A stretch of 20,416 nt of DNA from a virus, in the IMG/VR virus record IMGVR_UViG_3300026250_000243; one strand, written 5' to 3'. Below, piece by piece: positions 13,727 through 20,065 of this stretch (position 1 is its first letter; every line of letters begins with the position of its first letter). Under the pieces are notes generated by a model. It did no database searches. It saw nothing but the letters and a program-made list of their open reading frames with translations, and was not told the origin of the DNA. The position numbers and the translations under genes are program-made.

Positions 13727-16700
13727 ATGACCTCCTCCTCCGACCTCACTGCAGAGCACTACAAACGGCCCGAAGTAGAGGAGACTATCCTCCGGTGCAG
13801 TCAGGACGGCGAGGCCTGGAGGTGCTTGAACGGCGATCAAGGCTGGTACATCACCGCGGAGAACGGCGGCGTAAGGCTGAGGGGGCCGGAAGACTACGAT
13901 AGGACGACGGAGGAATTTAGGACCCTTTATTGGTCCCTGGATCTTTTCGAGCCCGAAGTCAAAAGCATCACCGAGAAATGGGACGAGGCCCGGAAGAGGC
14001 CGGTCCACCCCATCGGAACCCTTCGAGAATGTAGAGCGTATTCTCTCGGCGTTGATATCGATGCAGTAGGCCACAATGCTTTCGATGATCTCGACACCAC
14101 GAAGGCGCTGGAGGAGGCAGCGACATTCCTGATTGATCGCCTCAGAGCGGCGGGGATCGAGAAGAGCGTATATGCGCTATGTTCTGGCGGCGGCGTGTAT
14201 GTCTTAATTCATCATGCCCTATTCACGGCTCCTTCTGAATGGGACGGCGAGGCGAGGGAGTCCAGGTTCCGCCACCTCCTCGAAATGTATAACGCTTTCA
14301 TCCGAGACACGGCGGAGGCGTTCTTTGAGGCTCACCCTGAGCATGTCGGGCGCGTGGTCTTTGATGCGTTGAACGGTCAGAAGCGGAAGTTTAAGACTAT
14401 CTTCTCGATTCACAAGACCGTCCCCGCGGCGGTTGTTCCTCTCGATCCTCAGTGCATCAAGATATCAAAAGAAGATGCAACTATCCCCCTCTCCTCCGAG
14501 GTCCTGGAGCGGGGCGCGGCGTGGTATCGAGACTTCGACCCCTCAGATAAGGACCGCCTCCAAGAACTTCTGAGGCCCTACGCTAAGGCAGCGGAAGAGA
14601 AGCTGGAGAGACGGAAGACGGAGACCGGATCTTATGACCTCTTCCGGCGGGATGCCCCCACTCTACCAGATGAATGGTGCCCTCTCATACAGAGGATCGC
14701 CGGAGGGGTGAAGGCGGGGGAGATCGGGCGACACGCAGCTCTGGGGAACCTGGCGCGGCACCTCTATGCCGACGGGTGGAGCATGGAGGCGGCGTTCCGG
14801 CTTTGGTCTCCTCTCGCCGATCAGGCGGGCGTCGAATACCGAATATTCGATACCTCTTTCGGCGAGATCTCCGAGGCGAGATGTGAGGCGATAAACGAGC
14901 CACGGGCCGGATATCCCGCCTCCTCTCTCGGAGGGACCCGGTTTGCTGAGGCGTGCGCAACGTGTCCGAGGCGAAAGGCCGGGCGGTTCCCCTCTGACTA
15001 TGCTCACCTGAAGGCAGAGGAGGCGACGACCTCCACCGAAAAGGACGACGGGATAAAGAGCATCACCGAAGAGGAGCTTATCGGGCTACCTGTAGCGGAA
15101 AACCCGCGGCTATCTATCAACTTGGAGCCGGATAATTTCATTTCGGAGTATGTGGACTACGCTTCCAGCCTCTCGGATGCCTACGTAGAATATCATTATG
15201 CCGGGGGCCTCTTCATGGCTTCGACGGCTATAGATCGAAGGGTGGTCTTGAAGCTAAAGCAGGGGACCGTTCACTCTAACCTGTGGCTCTTCTGTCTCGG
15301 GAACTCCACCACGAGCCGAAAGACAACGGCGATGAATGGACCGGGGGCGATCCTCGATACCTACGAAGTAGGGCGACGACTTCCAAGTTCGTTTAGCCCT
15401 GAGGCGTTGATTGAAGCGTTGGCCGATTGCCCGCGGTCGTTCTTCATGAAGGATGAAGCGGGGTCCCTGCTGGCGGCGATGGGTAAGAAGTACATGGACG
15501 AGGCGAGGGACTTCTTCTCCGAGCTTTACGAGGGGAAAGACTACCATCGAAAGCTGAGGACGGGGCAAAGAAAAGAGAAGCGAGAGTTTCAGATCCTTAG
15601 CCCTTACGTTACTCAGTGGCTCGCCACCACCCCCGATAATTTCAGGGCTTATACGTCGGAGTTAGACGTTACTTCGGGGTGGCTTCTGAGGTACGGGTTC
15701 TTTTGGCCGGATCACGTCAAGCCCTGGAAAGCTTTCGAAGAGGCGACGGAGGAGGACTTTTCCCGGTACACTACGATATCCATAAAGTACCGGGACCTAA
15801 AAGAGAAGTTGGCCGGTCTGGATATCGAAGGTTTGAAATTGAGTCTTACGGCGGAGGGTTGGGAGCATTTCTCCGGCTGGCAACGGGCGATAGAAGAGCG
15901 GGCGATGAGGGAGGAGGATCGGATACTTCAAGCCGTGGCGGGCCGGTTGATGACCTTCGCCCTCAAGCTGGCTATGGTCTTTACCGTCGGGCGGCCAGAC
16001 TTCGACCCCTCCACCACCAGGGCGGTTAGCCTTGAACATGTCCAAGAGGCTACAAGGCAGGTGGAGACCTACTTTTTGCCTACGGCGCGGGTAGTTATCG
16101 AGGAGGTGGCCCGGTCCGAGAGGGAGAACTTACAGAACCAGATAATAGGGACCATCCGAAGGGCTGGCGGGAAAATCGCAAGGCGCGACCTCCTCCGAAA
16201 GCTTCACGTCAAGCTTGAGGACGTTGATAAGGCTATCTGCGCCCTGGAAGCGTCCGAAGAGATAGAGACTCTGCAGGTTGAAGGAAAGGGTCCAATAAAG
16301 TACGTTTACAGGTTAACCGTCTCTAATGTCCCTTCTGTCTCTAATGTCCCTTCTGTCTCTTCTGTCACACAAATACAGGGTAATTCTACACGGTCGGTTA
16401 AATCGGATCGTGATAAATCTAGTGCTTTTGGAGAGACGGTTGTGACAGTAGGGACTGTAGAGACCGTAGAGACAGAGAAGACAGTTACCACCGGGGGGGA
16501 TGGAGGTGCTGAGAGGACGGCGACTCCGTCACCAAAGCCGAAGGGAGAGGGCGACGAGGGCCAGGACCCCACCGCCGAGGAGGCCGAAGCGTTGGAGATG
16601 GCGAGGGCTATCATAGCCGCTGGAAAGCGTGTTACCTTCGGGAACGTCGAGGCCTACCTGGAGAAGCGGGCCGGTGGATACGTCGAGCCGAAGATGATTA

Positions 16701-16780
16701 AGCGGTTCTTGAACGCTCTGACGTCTCAGGGGTGGACGACGGATAAAGAGGGGGCTCTCTCCGAGGGGGTGGTGGGGTGA
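13727..16780 (+). CDS. Replication protein: AEP primase-polymerase, 4-Cys PriL-like domain, DUF3987/YfjI-like P-loop helicase and two winged-helix-like domains
   Basis: GVDID (D110/D112) and SGGGVY...H AEP-like motifs; C318, C386, C410, C413; GNSTTSRKT Walker A (G525-T533), FMKDE Walker B (D576/E577), SGWLLRY arginine-finger-like motif; wHTH-like IARRDLLRKL...DKAICALEASEEI. Confidence 0.85.
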   Translation: MTSSSDLTAEHYKRPEVEETILRCSQDGEAWRCLNGDQGWYITAENGGVRLRGPEDYDRTTEEFRTLYWSLDLFEPEVKSITEKWDEARKRPVHPIGTLRECRAYSLGVDIDAVGHNAFDDLDTTKALEEAATFLIDRLRAAGIEKSVYALCSGGGVYVLIHHALFTAPSEWDGEARESRFRHLLEMYNAFIRDTAEAFFEAHPEHVGRVVFDALNGQKRKFKTIFSIHKTVPAAVVPLDPQCIKISKEDATIPLSSEVLERGAAWYRDFDPSDKDRLQELLRPYAKAAEEKLERRKTETGSYDLFRRDAPTLPDEWCPLIQRIAGGVKAGEIGRHAALGNLARHLYADGWSMEAAFRLWSPLADQAGVEYRIFDTSFGEISEARCEAINEPRAGYPASSLGGTRFAEACATCPRRKAGRFPSDYAHLKAEEATTSTEKDDGIKSITEEELIGLPVAENPRLSINLEPDNFISEYVDYASSLSDAYVEYHYAGGLFMASTAIDRRVVLKLKQGTVHSNLWLFCLGNSTTSRKTTAMNGPGAILDTYEVGRRLPSSFSPEALIEALADCPRSFFMKDEAGSLLAAMGKKYMDEARDFFSELYEGKDYHRKLRTGQRKEKREFQILSPYVTQWLATTPDNFRAYTSELDVTSGWLLRYGFFWPDHVKPWKAFEEATEEDFSRYTTISIKYRDLKEKLAGLDIEGLKLSLTAEGWEHFSGWQRAIEERAMREEDRILQAVAGRLMTFALKLAMVFTVGRPDFDPSTTRAVSLEHVQEATRQVETYFLPTARVVIEEVARSERENLQNQIIGTIRRAGGKIARRDLLRKLHVKLEDVDKAICALEASEEIETLQVEGKGPIKYVYRLTVSNVPSVSNVPSVSSVTQIQGNSTRSVKSDRDKSSAFGETVVTVGTVETVETEKTVTTGGDGGAERTATPSPKPKGEGDEGQDPTAEEAEALEMARAIIAAGKRVTFGNVEAYLEKRAGGYVEPKMIKRFLNALTSQGWTTDKEGALSEGVVG
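16319..16482. repeat. Inverted arrays of 9-bp iteron-like units flanking an AT-richer spacer (candidate replication origin)
   Basis: Six GTC(T/C/A)C-type 9-mers on + (16319-16372) and six on - (16429-16482; five GTC(T/C/A)C, one GTCTT), all at exact 9-nt spacing; spacer ~39% GC. Confidence 0.75.
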
Positions 16781-17052
16781 GACAGATCGATCTCTCCTCT
16801 TTTGCTGAGGGGCCAAATCCTCGACCTCTCGCCGCCGACGACGACGAGGGCGAGGACCTGGGAGGCGTCGTCCCTGGGGGCCGGTGTAGCAGGTGCGGAA
16901 AGCCTCTCCGGGGCGGGGGGCTGAAGGCCTTGGGCTGGCCGGGCCGTGTCTGCTGGAATTGCTTTCACAAGCCGGGACGTCGGGACGGGCGGGCGGATGC
17001 GAGCCGGGACGCGGCGGCGGAAAGAAACTGTGGATATGGGGCGAGGCGGTGA
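16777..17052 (+). CDS. Small CxxC...CxxC zinc-finger protein
   Basis: RCSRCG...VCWNCF; GTGA overlap with the primase-helicase stop. Confidence 0.55.
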   Translation: MRQIDLSSFAEGPNPRPLAADDDEGEDLGGVVPGGRCSRCGKPLRGGGLKALGWPGRVCWNCFHKPGRRDGRADASRDAAAERNCGYGARR

Positions 17053-17054
17053 GC

Positions 17055-17255
17055 ATGTCGAAGGCGGATTTAGAACGGCTTTGGGAGTGGTCCGAGAATA
17101 TCAGGGAGGAGGTGGGGGCCCTCTCGGATGCGATCGCCAAATTGGCGGCTAAGGATCTCCCCGACGAGGGCGACGACAAAGAGACGATCCCAGCGAGCCC
17201 CCCTGGGGTTCGGTGCAAAAACGATATCGGGGGCTATATAAGTGACAGAGAATAA
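17055..17255 (+). CDS. Small coiled-coil hypothetical protein
   Basis: MSKADLERLWEWSENIREEVGALSDAIAKL heptads; starts right after the previous stop (GTG17049 is an alternative). Confidence 0.6.
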   Translation: MSKADLERLWEWSENIREEVGALSDAIAKLAAKDLPDEGDDKETIPASPPGVRCKNDIGGYISDRE

Positions 17256-17472
17256 AAAGAAAAAGACCAGGGGCGTGAGCATCAATAAGCCCTCGGATGT
17301 GAGACGGATAGCCCGAAGGGTGATCTCCGACATCTTCGTCGAAGGGTCACAGATCACCAACGCTGGGAAGGTGAATCAACTTCTTATAACGTGGCTCAAG
17401 GGCTGGGAGTTGGAGAAACTCGAAGACATCGAGCGGCGGCTCTCGGCTCTGGAAGAGGAGCGGCGGGGATGA
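17242..17472 (+). CDS. 76-aa helical protein with basic N-terminus and C-terminal RLSALE coil
   Basis: KKKKTRG N-terminus, two predicted helices, ends LEDIERRLSALEEERRG; overlaps both neighbours. Confidence 0.75.
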   Translation: MTENKKKKTRGVSINKPSDVRRIARRVISDIFVEGSQITNAGKVNQLLITWLKGWELEKLEDIERRLSALEEERRG

Positions 17473-17648
17473 GGTACGGCGATCTGGAGCGACGGCTCGC
17501 CAGGTTCCGGCCGGGGGCGCGGTATGAAGATGACGGCTTTGCCGCTGCCTGTGGTGCTCTCCCCGGCGAGACCGGGCTCGATGCCCTCCGACGGCAGGCG
17601 GCGGATGACTGGAGCGATTATCCCAGGGGATGGGCGGATGAGATTTAG
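17469..17648 (+). CDS. Small protein, N-terminal coil motif (degenerate: DLERRLARFR)
   Basis: ATGA overlap with the previous gene; paralogous to 18058-18240. Confidence 0.65.
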   Translation: MRYGDLERRLARFRPGARYEDDGFAAACGALPGETGLDALRRQAADDWSDYPRGWADEI

Positions 17649-17814
17649 GACCGAAGATAGCCGACTCCGAGCCCTGGAGCGTGGCGGCGGTGATCCCTTG
17701 AGGTATGTTCTACTTTGGGATCATGAAGTAGAGCGGACCCCCGAGGAAGAGGAGGCGTTTATCGCCGGGGGCGGCGAAATTATCCGGCTGAGGTGGCTCG
17801 ATGAGGGGGCTTGA
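17638..17814 (+). CDS. Small acidic protein, N-terminal RLRALE motif
   Basis: ATG17638 overlaps the previous gene by 11 nt; MRFRTEDSRLRALERG. Confidence 0.68.
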   Translation: MRFRTEDSRLRALERGGGDPLRYVLLWDHEVERTPEEEEAFIAGGGEIIRLRWLDEGA

Positions 17815-18061
17815 AAAGCGGCTCAGGACCCTGGAGAGAGGTCTCGCCGACGGCAAAACGCTCACCACCGACGAAGCCGGAAACCCCATCTACTTGGAAG
17901 GTGGCGGGCTCTCCCTGGCGTTCCGGTTGATGGAGATCCAAGACGAGGGGGGCGAGATCCCCGACGACCTTCGGCGAGAGGCGGTTCGCTGGAGTCGGTC
18001 GTTCCCGGAGTCGCCGGCGGAACGAGAGATAAAATCACTATGTGAGAAGGCGATCTCTTGA
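17801..18061 (+). CDS. Small protein, N-terminal RLRTLE motif
   Basis: MRGLEKRLRTLERG; 14-nt overlap with the previous gene. Confidence 0.72.
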   Translation: MRGLEKRLRTLERGLADGKTLTTDEAGNPIYLEGGGLSLAFRLMEIQDEGGEIPDDLRREAVRWSRSFPESPAEREIKSLCEKAIS

Positions 18062-18240
18062 GATATGCGAGCCTGGAGGGGCGGGTCTCAAGGCTGGAGC
18101 CTCCTCCACCCTGGATTGACCGGGACGTTGATAACTTCCTGGCGGCGACGGGCGGCCGTCCGGGTGAGAAGGTGTACGAAATTTTGGAACGAAGAGCGGC
18201 CGATATTTGGGCCGACTGGACTGAGGCCGGCGAGGGATGA
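18058..18240 (+). CDS. Small protein, N-terminal RVSRLE motif
   Basis: TTGA overlap; MRYASLEGRVSRLEP; paralogous to 17469-17648. Confidence 0.68.
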   Translation: MRYASLEGRVSRLEPPPPWIDRDVDNFLAATGGRPGEKVYEILERRAADIWADWTEAGEG

Positions 18241-18479
18241 GGGCATACAAGCTTGATTCGAGGCTGCGAAAACTGGAGGGCGAGGCGGCGGAAGTGATCG
18301 ATCCACCCCCTGGGGCCTGGATGATCCGGACCTTCGATGATCTGGTGCGCTGGAGCGAGTACGGAGGGGATTCTGAATGGGATCTATCCGAGTGTCCGGA
18401 GTGGCTTTTGCGGGATCTTCACGAGGCTCTGATGGAGCATAAGGAGGAGCTGGCGAGGGGATCATTTGAAGGGGATTGA
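18237..18479 (+). CDS. Small acidic protein, N-terminal RLRKLE motif
   Basis: ATGA overlap; MRAYKLDSRLRKLEG; paralogous to 18466-18660. Confidence 0.72.
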   Translation: MRAYKLDSRLRKLEGEAAEVIDPPPGAWMIRTFDDLVRWSEYGGDSEWDLSECPEWLLRDLHEALMEHKEELARGSFEGD

Positions 18480-18660
18480 AAAGAGGCTGGAGGCGCTGGA
18501 GGCGTCCAAGTCGGGGGGGTTCAAGATCCGTTCTCTTGTGGATTTGGTCAACTGGGCGGAACTGGGGGAAGACATACCGCCGGATCTCACCGAGTGTGAT
18601 GATGAGCTTCTGAGGCTGATCTACGAATCCACAAAGGACGACGAGGAGGGCGAGCCGTGA
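18466..18660 (+). CDS. Small acidic protein, N-terminal RLEALE motif
   Basis: 14-nt overlap; MKGIEKRLEALEA; 18 D/E against 8 K/R. Confidence 0.72.
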   Translation: MKGIEKRLEALEASKSGGFKIRSLVDLVNWAELGEDIPPDLTECDDELLRLIYESTKDDEEGEP

Positions 18661-18711
18661 AGTTGGGAGGACGAGAGGGCGAAAACATCTCTCCCCGAAG
18701 GGCTCTCCATT

Positions 18712-18760
18712 TAGTTCTATGATATTATCGAAAGCTATAAGTACTAATATCACAGAACTA
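18712..18760. promoter_or_regulatory. Inverted-repeat box 2 enclosing the BRE/TATA (AAAGCTATAAGTA, 18731-18743) of the next gene
   Basis: TAGTTCTATGATATTA (18712-18727) and TAATATCACAGAACTA (18745-18760) form a 15/16 inverted repeat; ATG18767 is at leaderless spacing. Confidence 0.75.
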
Positions 18761-18766
18761 TATACC

Positions 18767-19144
18767 ATGCACAAGACAGAGACCGGCGAGAAGATTAAGG
18801 CGATGAAGGCGGAAGCGGCGAGAGCCGAGAAGGAGGCGGCAACCCTGGCGAAGGTCCGAGGACTGGAGGAGGGGGCGATGGAGAGGGAAGAGGAAGCCCG
18901 ACGGCTTAGGGATGAGGCCGATGACCTGAAGCCCAAGGCGCGGCTTGAGGACCTGAGCGTCTACCAGGTGGAGAGGGTGAAGACCACGGCGAAGGGCGAG
19001 GCGAGAACCTATACCTACTGGCACGCTTCCTGGTGGGAGGGCGATCGAGCCCGGAACGTATACCTGGGGAGCGTCGCGAAGCTCTCGGAGGAGGCGGCCC
19101 TGGAGAGGGCTCGGAAGATGAAAGCCGACGCCTTGGGGCTTTGA
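18767..19144 (+). CDS. Coiled-coil protein with a C-terminal AP2/integrase-arm-type DNA-binding-like domain
   Basis: Long A/E/R helical N-half; C-terminal TYTYWHASWWEGDRARNVYLGSVAKLSEEAALERARKMK fits three strands plus a helix. Confidence 0.72.
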   Translation: MHKTETGEKIKAMKAEAARAEKEAATLAKVRGLEEGAMEREEEARRLRDEADDLKPKARLEDLSVYQVERVKTTAKGEARTYTYWHASWWEGDRARNVYLGSVAKLSEEAALERARKMKADALGL

Positions 19145-19210
19145 TATATGATATGATCGAGAAGATGCTGGAAACCGGCGAACTGGAAAAGTGAAAGGGC
19201 GGGACCAAAT

Positions 19211-19221
19211 AAGCTTTAAAT
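19211..19221 (+). promoter_or_regulatory. BRE/TATA-like promoter AAGCTTTAAAT for the 44-aa ORF
   Basis: TTTAAAT at 19215-19221, then SD AGGAGGT (19244-19250) and ATG19256. Confidence 0.55.
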
Positions 19222-19255
19222 GGAAAAAGCGCATAGTTGAAATAGGAGGTTAAGC

Positions 19256-19390
19256 ATGGATAAGATGAGCCAGGAAAAGGTCGCGACCCCAGTTCGAGGA
19301 ATTGAAGCGTTGCCGCCAGAAATTCGCGATCGATATCATGAGGTCGTCAGCTATCACCACGGCTTATTGAAGCGGTTGGCTCAGAAATAA
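19256..19390 (+). CDS. 44-aa candidate antitoxin peptide (not in the ORF track): MDKMSQEKVATPVRGIEALPPEIRDRYHEVVSYHHGLLKRLAQK
   Basis: Own TATA box and strong SD; C-terminal Y..LLKRLA resembles the C-termini of Doc-neutralising antitoxins; stop overlaps the doc 3' end. Confidence 0.62.
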   Translation: MDKMSQEKVATPVRGIEALPPEIRDRYHEVVSYHHGLLKRLAQK

Positions 19391-19779
19391 TCGGATAGAG
19401 GACGCTGTTTCTCTGCCCACCACTTCCGACGTATCCTTTTCAACCAGAGTTCAATCTGCCGTGTATTACATTTGTATTCTGAAATTCTTATCAGCGCATC
19501 GTATATTTCCTCTTCGTCAGTGCGGCTCAAGTAATATCCATAGCTCCTTAAAATTATAGCCGCTAATGTGAATGCTGTCCGTTTTTGTCCATCATAAAAC
19601 GGATGAAATTTGGCTATACATAACGCCCAGGTGGCTTTTTCAAAAACGCCTTGAGCCCTATTTATTCGGTCCACTAGGCAATCGAGAGTTCCGCGATTAA
19701 GAATGCCCAAGGTGCCTCCTTCCATCTGGATGAGGTCATCATGAATTGAGATCACCATTTCTGGAGTCATTTCTATCAT
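19381..19779 (-). CDS. doc: Fic/Doc-family toxin (Doc-like)
   Basis: ISIHDDLI...GILNRGTLD and Fic motif HPFYDGQKRTA, where K marks the Doc subfamily. Confidence 0.88.
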   Translation of the reverse strand: MIEMTPEMVISIHDDLIQMEGGTLGILNRGTLDCLVDRINRAQGVFEKATWALCIAKFHPFYDGQKRTAFTLAAIILRSYGYYLSRTDEEEIYDALIRISEYKCNTRQIELWLKRIRRKWWAEKQRPLSDYF

Positions 19780-20065
19780 GGAACAATCACGTGAATGGCA
19801 TACGGCTAAAAAACATTTTCGGAGGACCCCTTTCGACCTTCTCTACAGGAGCTTCGATAATCCCAGCGGAGCCCCCGGCGCCCGCTTGACTCTCGTATCC
19901 ATCCAGCTTGAGCAACTATTTTACAGTGCAGAAGGCGATACGAATGAGAATATCACTTGAATCGTGTCGACCCACTCCCGGATTTCAGCTTATAAGAACA
20001 GGACAAGGTCTCCCTCTATACTCAATGAATGGTCCGCACATATTTTACTAGTAAATACGTGCGAA

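Noticed and set aside
16319-16360. 18-bp tandem repeat as a CRISPR array or VNTR
   Set aside because: No spacers and no cas genes; it is part of the inverted 9-bp iteron-like array.
12121-16778. GGGGTGGTGGGGT at the ends of two genes (12121-12133 and 16766-16778)
   Set aside because: Low-complexity, SD-like G-rich sequence; similarity does not extend convincingly.
2956-18716. CATTTAGTT shared by 2956-2964 and 18708-18716
   Set aside because: A 9-bp match is expected many times by chance in 20 kb.
12352-18727. Casposon or transposon bounded by 16-bp terminal inverted repeats
   Set aside because: No Cas1, DDE transposase or family B polymerase inside, no target-site duplication seen, and each arm belongs to a local palindromic pair.
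16529-18936. Long minus-strand ORFs 16529-17218 and 18088-18936
   Set aside because: Ser/Pro/Arg-rich antisense frames of the coupled plus-strand genes.
19778-19960. 60-aa ORF upstream of doc as an antitoxin
   Set aside because: Divergent from doc, no SD and no antitoxin-like features; the minus-strand frames there are short or interrupted.
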